From contig NZ_JASIAL010000203.1 in assembly GCF_030042015.1 (NCBI RefSeq), forward strand, positions 569-64,568: a DNA stretch of 64,000 nt, in the 5' to 3' direction. Below are positions 1 through 8,924 of this stretch, piece after piece. A program made the position numbers and the translations under genes. The DNA comes from Trebonia sp. Its GTDB lineage: Bacteria > Actinomycetota > Actinomycetes > Streptosporangiales > Streptosporangiaceae. The first letter of the stretch is position 1. Each line of letters opens with the position of its first letter. A model generated the notes under the pieces. It did not search any database, was not told the origin of the DNA, and was given only the letters and a program-made list of their open reading frames with translations.

Positions 1-554
1 TCGCGGGCGAGGCCGGGTACGGGACGCTGCGCTACCTGCTCGCCGTGCCGGCCGGCCGGACCCGGCTGCTGATCGTCAAGTACCTGGCGATCGTGGCGTG
101 GGCGGTGGCCGTCACGTTCACCGTGTCGGTGGTCGCGCTGCTGACCGGGGTGTCGCTGTTCCCGGTCGGCCCGGTGACGCTGCTGTCGGGCACCACCGTG
201 TCGCTGGCCGCCGGCCTGGTGCGGGTGCTGTTCGTGACGCTGTACATCTGCGCCGCGATGGCCGCGGTCGGCGCGATCGGGCTGGCGGTCTCCACGTTCA
301 CCGAGCACGCGATCGGCGCGATCGCGGCCATCATGATCCTCGTCGTGGTCAGCGAGGTCGTCGACCAGATACCGCAGTTCGGCACCGTCGCGCCGTACCT
401 GCCGACGCACTGGTGGGACATGTTCGACTCGCTGCTGCGCACGCCCGTGGACACCGTCACGATGTGGCACGGGCTGACCTCGTTCGCGGTGTACGGGGTG
501 CTGTGCTGCCTGATCGCCTGGGCCAGGTTCACCTCAGGCGACGTCACCAGCTGA
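1..554 (+). CDS. ABC-2 type transporter permease (5' part outside window)
   Basis: Frame open from the window start: AGEAGYGTLRYLLAVPAGRTRLLIVKY is the typical ABC-2 permease motif, followed by several hydrophobic helices; TGA at 552-554. Confidence 0.85.
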   Translation, partial: AGEAGYGTLRYLLAVPAGRTRLLIVKYLAIVAWAVAVTFTVSVVALLTGVSLFPVGPVTLLSGTTVSLAAGLVRVLFVTLYICAAMAAVGAIGLAVSTFTEHAIGAIAAIMILVVVSEVVDQIPQFGTVAPYLPTHWWDMFDSLLRTPVDTVTMWHGLTSFAVYGVLCCLIAWARFTSGDVTS

Positions 555-576
555 GGCGCGCCCGACGGGCCCTGCC

Positions 577-1013
577 TCACCGCTCAAGAGCCAGCCGCCC
601 CGCCAGGGCGACCATGATCGTCCCCGATCCCGCGTCCAGGGCCTGACGGGCACGGCGCCGCCGGGACAGCCAGCCGCCGATCCGGCCGGAGGCCAGGCCC
701 AGCACCTCGAAAGCCACGAAGATCGCCCCCAGGACCGCGAACTGCAGCGGAACGTGCCCAACGCCGCGGTCAACGAACTGCGGCAGCAGCGCGACCACGA
801 ACGTGACCGACTTGGGGTTAGCCAGGTTCGTGACCGCGCCGCGCAGGTAGGCGTACCGCCCGCTGACCGGCGCGCCCGGCTGCGAGCCTTCCGGCGGTCC
901 CGCCGCGCGCTGCACAGCGCCCGCACGCCCAGGTACAGCAGGTACGCCGCCCCGCACACCCGCAGCACCGTGAACGCCACGGGCAATTACAGCGCCAGAG
1001 AATGCGTGTCCAT
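577..1013 (-). pseudogene. LysE/RhtB family exporter, degraded (early stop, missing N-terminal region, frameshift)
   Basis: ATG at 1013 reads MDTHSLAL-TAA-LPVAFTVLRVCGAAYLLYLGVRAL; the C-terminal LysE motifs (YLRGAVTNLANPK...LLPQFV...GRLALER) are in another frame ending at 577. Confidence 0.75.
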
Positions 1014-1064
1014 GCCGCCATCCTCGCATTTCCCGCGCGCCATCACAGCTGGCCAGCGGCATTG

Positions 1065-2759
1065 TCAAGAGCTGAAATCTTCCTCCCAGAACTCGGTGAC
1101 TCCGCGGCCCTCGCGCGGCCCGGTTTCCTGGCCGCGGAGGTCGACGCGGCGGATCTTGCCGGAGATCGTCTTGGGCAGGTCGGCGAACTCGATCCGCCGG
1201 ATCCGCTTGTACGGCGCCACCCGCTCCCGGCAGAACGCCATGATGTCCCGCGCCAGTTCCGGGCTTGGCGACGCGCCGGCGGCGAGCAGCACGTAGGCCT
1301 TCGGCACCGCCAGCCGGATCGGGTCAGGGGAGGGCACGACGGCGGCCTCGGCGACCGATTCGTGCTCGATCAGCACGCTCTCAAGCTCAAACGGCGAGAT
1401 CCGGTAGTCCGACGCCTTGAACACGTCGTCGGTCCGCCCGACGTACGTGATGTACCCGTCCTCGTCGCAGGTCGCGACGTCGCCGGTGTGGTAGTACCCG
1501 CCGCTCAAGGCCTGCGCGTCCCGTCCGGCGTCGCCGAGGTATCCGGTCATCAGGCCGAGCGGCCGGCGGCTCAGGTCGAGGCAGATCTCGCCGTCTTTGC
1601 CCGGCTCACCGCTCACTGGGTCGACGAGCACGACCGGGTAGCCAGGCAGGGGCCGGCCCATCGTGCCGGGCTTGACCGGCTGGCCGGGGGTGTTGCCGAC
1701 CTGCGCGGTCGTCTCCGTCTGCCCGAACCCGTCCCGCACGGTGATCCCCCAGGCCTTGCGGACCTGCTCGATTACCTCCGGGTTGAGCGGCTCACCCGCC
1801 GCCACGCACTCACGCAGCGCGCTGCTGTTCGCCGCCGCCAGGTCGGCCTGGATCAGCATCCGCCAGACCGTCGGCGGCGCGCAGAACGTGCTGACCGCGC
1901 AGTCGCCGAGGGCGGCGAGCAGGCCGGCCGCGCTGAACCGGGACTGGTTGAGGATCAGCACGGTGGCCTCGGCGTTCCACGGCGCGAACAGGTTGGACCA
2001 GGCGTGCTTGGCCCAGCCGGGCGAGGAGATGTTCAGGTGCACGTCGCCCGGCTTGATGCCGATCCAGTACATCGTCGACAGGTGGCCGACCGGGTAGCTG
2101 GCCTGGGTGTGCCCGACGAGCTTGGGCTTGGAGGTCGTCCCCGAGGTGAAGTAGAGCAGCAGCGGATCGCTCGCCTTGGTCACCCCGTCCGGCGTCACCT
2201 CCGCCGGAGCGTTGCGTGAGTCGGAGTAGGCGTGCCAGCCATCGGCCGTTCCCGCGACGACCACCCGCGTCCACGCGCCGGGAACGTCGGCGAACTTCGG
2301 CACCTGCGCCGTGTCGGTCACGACGTGCCTGACCGCGCCCCGCTGGATCCGGTCGACCAGGTCGGCGGGCTGCAGCAGCGTCGACCCCGGGATCACCACG
2401 GCACCGAGCTTCATCGCCGCGAGCATGACCTCCCACAGCGGCACCACGTTGCCGAGCATCACCAGGACCCGGTCGCCGCGGCTGACCCCGAGCCCGCGCA
2501 GCCAGTTCGCCACCTGGCCAGAACGGGCCGACAGCTGCCCGTAGCTCACCGACTCGTCTCCGCCGCCGTCGCTGACCACCCGCAGCGCGGTCCAGTCGCG
2601 ATGTTCGGCGGCGATCACGTCGAACCAGTCGAGTGCCCAGTTGAACTCGTCCAGTTCGGGCCAGGAAAACAGGCTGCGCGCGGTCTCGTAATCCTCGCGG
2701 TGACGCAGCAGCAGGTCCCGCGCCGCGCGGAAGGCGGCGGTCGAAGCAGCATCGCTCAT
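1065..2759 (-). CDS. AMP-binding acyl-CoA synthetase (short/medium chain)
   Basis: YFTSGTTSKPK AMP-binding loop, DGFGQTET, YHTGD, GRTDD, LPKTISGKI; 564 aa. Confidence 0.93.
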   Translation of the reverse strand: MSDAASTAAFRAARDLLLRHREDYETARSLFSWPELDEFNWALDWFDVIAAEHRDWTALRVVSDGGGDESVSYGQLSARSGQVANWLRGLGVSRGDRVLVMLGNVVPLWEVMLAAMKLGAVVIPGSTLLQPADLVDRIQRGAVRHVVTDTAQVPKFADVPGAWTRVVVAGTADGWHAYSDSRNAPAEVTPDGVTKASDPLLLYFTSGTTSKPKLVGHTQASYPVGHLSTMYWIGIKPGDVHLNISSPGWAKHAWSNLFAPWNAEATVLILNQSRFSAAGLLAALGDCAVSTFCAPPTVWRMLIQADLAAANSSALRECVAAGEPLNPEVIEQVRKAWGITVRDGFGQTETTAQVGNTPGQPVKPGTMGRPLPGYPVVLVDPVSGEPGKDGEICLDLSRRPLGLMTGYLGDAGRDAQALSGGYYHTGDVATCDEDGYITYVGRTDDVFKASDYRISPFELESVLIEHESVAEAAVVPSPDPIRLAVPKAYVLLAAGASPSPELARDIMAFCRERVAPYKRIRRIEFADLPKTISGKIRRVDLRGQETGPREGRGVTEFWEEDFSS

Positions 2760-2876
2760 CGGTCAATAATCCCAGCCCGCACCCGCACGGCAAAGCCCCA
2801 CCGCAGGGGGCGCGATCAGAGCGTGCTGAGAAGCTTCCCCGACAGCCCATCCAGCCGGGTATGCCACACTGGCGGC

Positions 2877-3305
2877 ATGGGTAGCTCAGAGCGCGGCGCG
2901 GGTGCGCCGCGCGCGACCTGGGCCGACCGCGGCGGCACGTCTAGCGTCTCGCATGCCGTCGCGGAGCGCGAGCGCGGCCGCCGTCGGCTGAACGCCACCA
3001 CTGTCACCGTGAGCTTGGCGAGCGTGGCCGCGGCCGGCGCGGTGGCCGCGGGGCTGCCCGGCTCCACGCACACGACCGTGACCGATTCGGGCAGCTCGCC
3101 GGCAAGCTCCCACACCGGCAGCTCTGGCTCATCGAGCACAGGCACCTCGGGCGGTTCAAGCCCGGCGGGCTCATCGGGCAGCTCCTCGGCCAACTCCAAC
3201 TCCAGCTCCAGCTCCTCGAGCGGCCCGGCTAACCTGCAGGCGCCCACGTACGTCCCGGTCCAGTCGAACGGCGGCGGCCAGGTCACCTCCGGCGGGACGC
3301 ACTGA
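2877..3305 (+). CDS. Small membrane-anchored Ser/Gly-rich protein ending in TSGGTH
   Basis: ATG at 2877 in the frame of ORF 2232..3305; basic RRR, hydrophobic segment, long Ser/Gly linker; ends 19 bp before apbE. Confidence 0.7.
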   Translation: MGSSERGAGAPRATWADRGGTSSVSHAVAERERGRRRLNATTVTVSLASVAAAGAVAAGLPGSTHTTVTDSGSSPASSHTGSSGSSSTGTSGGSSPAGSSGSSSANSNSSSSSSSGPANLQAPTYVPVQSNGGGQVTSGGTH

Positions 3306-3324
3306 CACCGGGGCCAGCGAATAC

Positions 3325-4311
3325 ATGACACAGGCCGAAACCGGGACAGTGCCGCAGGCCGAGCCGACGGCGTTCGCCGCCTGGCACGCGCTCGGCATGC
3401 TCGTCCAGCTCGTGGTCACCGCCCCAGGACAGCTCGCCGCCGCCCGCCGGCTGCTCGCGGCTGACCTCGCCGAGCTCGACCTGGCCTGCAGCAGGTTCCG
3501 CCCGGACTCCGAGCTTGCCGCCCTCGCCGACGCCGCGCGCGCGGCGGACGGCCCGGTCACGATCACGGTCAGCACGCTGCTGGCCGAGGCCGTCGCCGTC
3601 GCGCTCCGCGCGGCTAGCCTCACCGACGGGGACGTGGACCCGACGGTAGGCGGCGCGCTGTCCGCGCTTGGCTACGACAGGGACTTCGGCCAGGTGGCGC
3701 CCGCGGGCCCGGCCCTGCCCGCGCTCGTCAGCGTCCGGGTGATCCCCGGGTGGCGCTCCATCCGGCTCGATCCCGCCGCCCGCGAGCTGACCGTCCCGCC
3801 GGGCGTCCAGCTCGACCTCGGCGCCACGGTCAAGGGCTGGGCGGCGGACCGGTCCGCCGCGCGGATCGCGGACCGGCTCGGCTGCGGGGTGCTGGTCAGC
3901 CTGGGCGGTGACACGGCGGTGGCGGGCCAGCCGCCCGAGGGCGGCTGGCGGATCCGGGTACAGGACCTGACCACGATGCCCGACGAGCCGCCGCCGGGAC
4001 CAAGCACCGTGGTCGCGATCAGGGACGGCGGGCTGGCCACCTCGTCCACCGCCGCCCGCCGCTGGCAGCGCGGCGGCGACGTGCTGCACCATATCCTGGA
4101 CCCGCGTACCGGCCTGCCGGCGGCGCCGGTCTGGCGCACGGTCTCGGTGGCCGCCGCCAGCTGCGCCGACGCCAATACCGCGGCGACCGCGGCGGTCATC
4201 AGGGGCCGCCAGGCTCCGGCGTGGCTGGCGGGCCTGCACCTGCCCGCCCGTCTGGTCGAGCCCGACGGCACCGTGCTCGCGATCGCCGGCTGGCCCCCCG
4301 ACCCGTCCTGA
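3325..4311 (+). CDS. apbE: FAD:protein FMN transferase (ApbE family)
   Basis: CSRFRPDSEL, TDGDVDPTVG, LDLGATVKGWAAD, SLGGD, ATSS, HHILDPRTG, ANTAATA motifs. Confidence 0.93.
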   Translation: MTQAETGTVPQAEPTAFAAWHALGMLVQLVVTAPGQLAAARRLLAADLAELDLACSRFRPDSELAALADAARAADGPVTITVSTLLAEAVAVALRAASLTDGDVDPTVGGALSALGYDRDFGQVAPAGPALPALVSVRVIPGWRSIRLDPAARELTVPPGVQLDLGATVKGWAADRSAARIADRLGCGVLVSLGGDTAVAGQPPEGGWRIRVQDLTTMPDEPPPGPSTVVAIRDGGLATSSTAARRWQRGGDVLHHILDPRTGLPAAPVWRTVSVAAASCADANTAATAAVIRGRQAPAWLAGLHLPARLVEPDGTVLAIAGWPPDPS

Positions 4312-4328
4312 CCCGGTCACCGGCCGGG

Positions 4329-5879
4329 TCAGCGGAACACCGTCCTGGTCCACTGCAGCCCGCCGTCGGTGGTGGTCCAGACGCTGTGCGGGTCGGCGAG
4401 CCACTGGCCATCCAGCGCGGTCTCGAAGCCGGCCCAGGCCGGGACGCCGCCGGCTGCCAGGTCCTGGGTGTCCGTGGCGGCGGTGACCCAGCGCAGGCCC
4501 GCGTCGGTCGTCACGAGCAGCCGGGCGGTGTAGCTGCCGTCCCCGCCCAGGGCGGCGCTGGCGACGGCGATCACGGCGGGGCCGGCGGCGGCTATGACGC
4601 CGAGGTTCTGCCCGGGCGGCGGCGCCGCGGCTGCCTTCCAGGCGGCCGCGCCGGCCGAGGTGATGACGAAGGCGCTCATGGTGGCGCGCGTGACGCACAG
4701 GCCGGCGAAGAAGCCGCCGGGTGCTGCGGCCAGCCCGATCAGGTCCTCCTCCTGGCCCGGGGCGCCCGGGGCGCCAGGGCTGCGCGGGGCGCCGGGGCCG
4801 AGCCCGTCGCAGGGGTCGGCTGCCCGCTGCCAGGTGCCCCCGCCGTCGGCGGAGCGGTACAGGACCGCCTGCGCCGGGACCGGCCCGGAGAGGCTGCCGT
4901 ACATGGCGATGACCACGTCCGGGCCGGAGACGGCGATCTGCGCCGAGTCGCTGCGGCCCGGCTCGGCGAGCTGGCCGATCAGCGTCCGCCAGCTCCCCGT
5001 GCCGGCCGGGGCCTCCTGCAAGGATGGCTGGCAGGGGCCGGGGCAGCCGTCGCTGGTGTAGGTGATGCGGTATGCCCGCCCGCCGTCGGCGGTCAGCGTC
5101 TCGGTCTGCAGGCCTGGCCTGGCGTGCCAGGTCAGGCCGCCGTCGGTGGTCATCAGCAGCGCCGGGCCGTAGAGGTAGCCGACCGCGGGGCTGGCGAAGC
5201 TGACCTGGCTCACGCAGGACTGGACCTGGCAGTCCGCCGTGCCGTCCTGGATCGTGGCCGGCGGGTCTGGCAGCAGCTGCCAGTGCCGCCCGGCGTCGGT
5301 GGTGCGCGCGAGCCGGGCGCATGTGCCCGTGGAGCAGGGCTGGGCGGCCAGCGCCCAGCCCTGCGTCGCGCTGACCCAGCTGACGGACAGCAGCGAGGAG
5401 TACGCCAGGTCGGTCGCCGCGGCGGGGGACCCGGCCGCGAAGGCAAGCCGGGCGGTGGCGGCCGGGGCCGGCTCCGCCGGGACGCCGACGGGTTCCTTGA
5501 CAGCCACCGCGTCCAGGACGCACCGCCGGCCGCATGGCACCCAGGCGGCGCCAGCGCCCGATGGCACCGAGGGCTGCGCGATGAACGTGGCCGAGGCGCT
5601 GCCCGTGCTCCCGGTGCCGACACCCCAGACGGCGGAGCAGGCCCCCGGGGCCGCGCACTCGTAAAGCTCGACGAAGGAATCCGGCGGGAACCCCGTCAGC
5701 CTCACCCGCAGCGGCTGCCCGCCGACCAGGCCGGTGTCCGGGGTGACGGTCACGGCCGCGGCGGCCGCCTGCCGCGGCACCGCCTTCGCATGGCCCGCGC
5801 CGCCAGCGGGCGCGGTGCCGCAAGCCGCCGCGAGCAGCGCCGCCCCGACCGCAAGTACCGAACGCGCCCAGATCGCCAT
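4329..5879 (-). CDS. Secreted lipoprotein: neocarzinostatin-like Ig domain plus Asp-box (BNR/Ycf48-like) beta-propeller
   Basis: Lipobox LLAAAC; VTVTPDTGLVGGQPLRVRLTGF...YECA; five (T/S)xD(A/G)GxxW Asp-boxes (TTDAGRHW, TTDGGLTW, SADGGGTW, TTDAGLRW, TTDGGLQW). Confidence 0.75.
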   Translation of the reverse strand: MAIWARSVLAVGAALLAAACGTAPAGGAGHAKAVPRQAAAAAVTVTPDTGLVGGQPLRVRLTGFPPDSFVELYECAAPGACSAVWGVGTGSTGSASATFIAQPSVPSGAGAAWVPCGRRCVLDAVAVKEPVGVPAEPAPAATARLAFAAGSPAAATDLAYSSLLSVSWVSATQGWALAAQPCSTGTCARLARTTDAGRHWQLLPDPPATIQDGTADCQVQSCVSQVSFASPAVGYLYGPALLMTTDGGLTWHARPGLQTETLTADGGRAYRITYTSDGCPGPCQPSLQEAPAGTGSWRTLIGQLAEPGRSDSAQIAVSGPDVVIAMYGSLSGPVPAQAVLYRSADGGGTWQRAADPCDGLGPGAPRSPGAPGAPGQEEDLIGLAAAPGGFFAGLCVTRATMSAFVITSAGAAAWKAAAAPPPGQNLGVIAAAGPAVIAVASAALGGDGSYTARLLVTTDAGLRWVTAATDTQDLAAGGVPAWAGFETALDGQWLADPHSVWTTTDGGLQWTRTVFR

Positions 5880-5965
5880 GGCGCCCCAATCTTCTGCCCG
5901 CCCCTATGACGAAGACAGCGCCCGGGCGGTTGCCGGGTGCGGCCTGCCGGCCGGGCCGCGCGGCG

Positions 5966-7162
5966 TTACGGCACGTCCTCGCCCAGTGCCTCCTTGCGGG
6001 CTCTGCTCTGCGCGCGGGTGACATGGTGCCCAAGCGGCTTGTCCCGGTACGGGGTCGCGAACGCGCGGGAAACACGCTGCGCCTGCTCCGCGCGGCCGTT
6101 CGAGGATGGCCGCGCGGGCTTGAATTCATAACTGGCCGGAGTGACAGCCTGGCGCAGCCGGTTGACCGGGTAATACCACTTCCTGACCGGGAATCCTTCC
6201 ATGTCGACGCAGTCGCGGCACAGGGGGATGTCGCTCAGGTCACGGTCCCGGTGACGGCAGCGCAGGGTGGTCAGCGGCTCGCCCGCCCAGATCTCCCGCA
6301 GGGTCTGCTCCGCCACGTTTCCGAGCGGATAGAGCCCGTCGTGATCGAAGTTGCAGGGGACGACCGTTCCGTCCCACAAGATCGTGACGGACGTCCACGG
6401 CTTCTCGCACACCACGCCGGGCCGCGCCGCGGCGGGGGAGATCCGCAACTCGTTTATCGGTTCCTCTCCGCCGCTCCAGGTGACATACGACTTCACCTTG
6501 ATGCGGTCGATCTCGGAAACCGGGCTCCATTTGGCGAGCCAGTCCTTCACCTCGTGCGCGTTCTGTTTCTGGCGGACGATCTGCAGCACGATCCTCGGGT
6601 ACGGGGAACGGGCCGAGGCGCGGTAGTCGAGCAGCTCGTGGATGCGCTTTTCCGCGAGCGCGACATTACGGGCGGCCTTACCGCGCACCGCTTCAGAAGT
6701 TTCCGCGGTCACCCCGTCCAGGGACAGGTTGAGCTCGTGCAGGCCGTTATCGACGATCGCGCGAATGCGCTGCCTGGTGAGCAGCACGGGATTGGCGGAG
6801 AGATAGCCGTTAATTCCCCGCCGCGTGGCCTCGCCCACGAAGTGCCCGAGATCCGGGTGCACCAGGGAATCGCCGAAATGATGCATGTAAAAACGAGACG
6901 TGGACCCCGCCGCCTCGTCAAGTATCTTGTGATACAGCTCACGCGACATGTTGCCGATGGAGCGCTCCATCGAATGCGTTCTGGGGCACATTGTGCAGGT
7001 CATCGGGCAGTTGTTGGTCAGCTCGACCTGGAACACAACGGGCCGACCGACGGGCCGGATCGTCTGCAGGTTGTAAGAAAACTGCTGGAGCTCCTGATTC
7101 AGGCAGCGCCGGCTTGACGTCAGCAAATCATTGACTTTCCGCACCCGGCCCCGTCCCGTCAT
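5966..7162 (-). CDS. Radical SAM protein with SPASM/Twitch C-terminal domain
   Basis: ELTNNCPMTCTMCP (CxxxCxxC); CEKPW...WDGTVVPC...LGNV...CRDC; RBS GAGGAGGAG upstream. Confidence 0.9.
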   Translation of the reverse strand: MTGRGRVRKVNDLLTSSRRCLNQELQQFSYNLQTIRPVGRPVVFQVELTNNCPMTCTMCPRTHSMERSIGNMSRELYHKILDEAAGSTSRFYMHHFGDSLVHPDLGHFVGEATRRGINGYLSANPVLLTRQRIRAIVDNGLHELNLSLDGVTAETSEAVRGKAARNVALAEKRIHELLDYRASARSPYPRIVLQIVRQKQNAHEVKDWLAKWSPVSEIDRIKVKSYVTWSGGEEPINELRISPAAARPGVVCEKPWTSVTILWDGTVVPCNFDHDGLYPLGNVAEQTLREIWAGEPLTTLRCRHRDRDLSDIPLCRDCVDMEGFPVRKWYYPVNRLRQAVTPASYEFKPARPSSNGRAEQAQRVSRAFATPYRDKPLGHHVTRAQSRARKEALGEDVP

Positions 7163-7219
7163 GCGCGCTCCTCCTCAGCGGACATATTCAAATCAGTCAC
7201 ACTAAGAGGCAATTGTCAA
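7163..7219 (-). promoter_or_regulatory. Candidate promoter/RBS region for the radical SAM gene
   Basis: Perfect TTGACA on the minus strand at 7214-7219 in an AT-rich spacer, then GAGGAGGAG before the ATG; no consensus -10 at canonical spacing. Confidence 0.4.
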
Positions 7220-7235
7220 GGCCGCCGCCCGTCGG

Positions 7236-8267
7236 TCAGGTCACCCGCCGGATCGTCACCGGCAGCACCGCCTTCAGCCCTTCCATGTGCGCGCCACCGT
7301 CGTGCAGCAGCCTGACCACGCCGGCGACTTTCGCGGCAAGGTTCTCCGGCTGGTAATCGGTGATGGCCGCGGGCGAGAGATACTCGCGTACCCGCGTGCG
7401 GATCGCGCTGCGCAGCGGCGACTCGACGGTGGCCAGGCTTCCCGACAAGATGACCGCGGGTGAGTCCCTGGCGATGTCCACCTGTTCGGCGACCGCACGC
7501 ACGCCCACGAGGAACTCCTCCGCCGCGGCCTCGACCAGCGCGACCGCTACGTCGTCACCGTCCCTGGCGGCGTCGAGCACCGACGGGGCGAACCCGGCCA
7601 CCACCGAGCGCGGCCGTGCCACGTAGACATGGTTGTACAGCGCATCGCTGAGCCGCACGCCGTCGGGGGCCGCGGACCACTGGCGGGCACGAGCGACGAG
7701 GCCGGTTGCCCGGCCGCGGCCGTCCGAGGCGCGGATCGCGGCCCGCAGGCCGTGCATCGCCAGATCGAAGCCGCCGCCCTCGTCGGAGAGCAGGTAGTCC
7801 GCCCCGCTGGCCCGGGCCCAGTGGCTCAACTCACGGTGTGCGACGAACACGGTGCCGGTCCCGGCGATCGCGGCGACCACGCGGTCGGCGTCGCCCGAGG
7901 TGACCACGGGCACCATGTCGCTGGTCACAATCAGGTCCGCGCGCACGCCCAGTCCGGCCAGGACCTCGGCGCAGACGTCGGCGAACCGCTCAGCCGCCCG
8001 CTGCGTGGCGGCCGCGCCGTGCGCGGCGAACGCGAGCCTGACGTCGGCTGCCCGAGTGCCCGCCGCGGCGAGGACCGAGCCAAGCAGCTTGCGCAGCCGC
8101 TGCCTCGCCGACGACTGGGAACCGGTGGTCACGTTCGTGCTCAGCCCGGACAGCTGCGCGTCGCGATCGCCCACCACGGCAACCCAGGTCCGGCTGCCGC
8201 CGCCTTCCACGAGCAGCCAGGGGAAGGGGTAGTGGCCGGCGTCGAGCTGCCCCGCGGGCCGCGTCAT
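7236..8267 (-). CDS. BadF/BadG/BcrA/BcrD-type ATPase, N-acetylglucosamine kinase-like sugar kinase
   Basis: VEGGGSRT phosphate-1 motif, AIAGTGT, LLSDEGGGF, LSGSL; 4-bp overlap with the upstream gene. Confidence 0.85.
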   Translation of the reverse strand: MTRPAGQLDAGHYPFPWLLVEGGGSRTWVAVVGDRDAQLSGLSTNVTTGSQSSARQRLRKLLGSVLAAAGTRAADVRLAFAAHGAAATQRAAERFADVCAEVLAGLGVRADLIVTSDMVPVVTSGDADRVVAAIAGTGTVFVAHRELSHWARASGADYLLSDEGGGFDLAMHGLRAAIRASDGRGRATGLVARARQWSAAPDGVRLSDALYNHVYVARPRSVVAGFAPSVLDAARDGDDVAVALVEAAAEEFLVGVRAVAEQVDIARDSPAVILSGSLATVESPLRSAIRTRVREYLSPAAITDYQPENLAAKVAGVVRLLHDGGAHMEGLKAVLPVTIRRVT

Positions 8268-8899
8268 GGCAGGAACGTGTCCTCGTCTTTGGTGATCATG
8301 GTGAAGTCGGCTCCCTGCGTGACGGCGCCGTCAAACCTCGCCCCGCGCAGGTCGGCCCGGGTAAACCGGGCGCTGGACACGTCGGCGTTGCGGAAGCTGG
8401 CACGGCGCAGGCGGGTTCCCACGAACACGGCCATGCGCAGGTCCGCCGAGCTGAGGTCCAATCCCTCGAGGTTCGCGCCGGAAAAATCCGCATCCCGCAG
8501 CTGGCCGTTCTTCAGCCAGCCCGCGCTTCTCATCTGCTCAAGCACGCTCCGGTTCTCCTCAACCCCGCCCACCCGCAGTCTCGCCAGCAGGTTCCCCAGC
8601 CGCTCCCGCTGGTCGTTCTCGCGGCTCTCGGTCTCCCGCTGCCTGGCGAGCATCATGTCGATGAGCAGAAACGTCAGGACCGCGGCAGCCATCGCCGTTC
8701 CGATGCCGACGGAAAATCCGGAAAACCATTCCCGCCAGCCCTGATCCGGCGGCTTGGTGAGGGCGCCCACGCCGAGCCACACGACCGCGAGGGCGCTGAG
8801 CAGCAGCATCACCACGTGCTCCGTGCGCCTGATCCCGATGCCCCGCGCGGCTGGGCGGCCGGCGCTGTCCGCCCGCCCGCGGTGACCCTTGAGTATCAC
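8264..8899 (-). CDS. Membrane protein with C-terminal pentapeptide repeats
   Basis: GTG at 8899 after GGAGGGGG; two hydrophobic helices then ADFSG-ANLEG-LDLSS-ADLRM-AVFVG-TRLRR-ASFRN-ADVSS-ARFTR-ADLRG-ARFDG. Confidence 0.8.
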   Translation of the reverse strand: MILKGHRGRADSAGRPAARGIGIRRTEHVVMLLLSALAVVWLGVGALTKPPDQGWREWFSGFSVGIGTAMAAAVLTFLLIDMMLARQRETESRENDQRERLGNLLARLRVGGVEENRSVLEQMRSAGWLKNGQLRDADFSGANLEGLDLSSADLRMAVFVGTRLRRASFRNADVSSARFTRADLRGARFDGAVTQGADFTMITKDEDTFLP

Positions 8900-8924
8900 G
8901 CGATCCCGTCCCCCTCCACGTCGC

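Noticed and set aside
3283-6129. 948-aa minus-strand ORF and the many other long Arg/Gly/Pro-rich ORFs in the track (e.g. 22860..25217, 25419..27317, 33101..35341, 47672..49621)
   Set aside because: Shadow frames of high-GC genes; they overlap well-supported CDSs and have no recognisable motifs.
7159-7185. MSAEEERA micro-ORF as a RiPP precursor for the radical SAM/SPASM enzyme
   Set aside because: It is simply the translation of the RBS region, has no SD of its own, and no RRE/PqqD, protease or exporter gene is adjacent.
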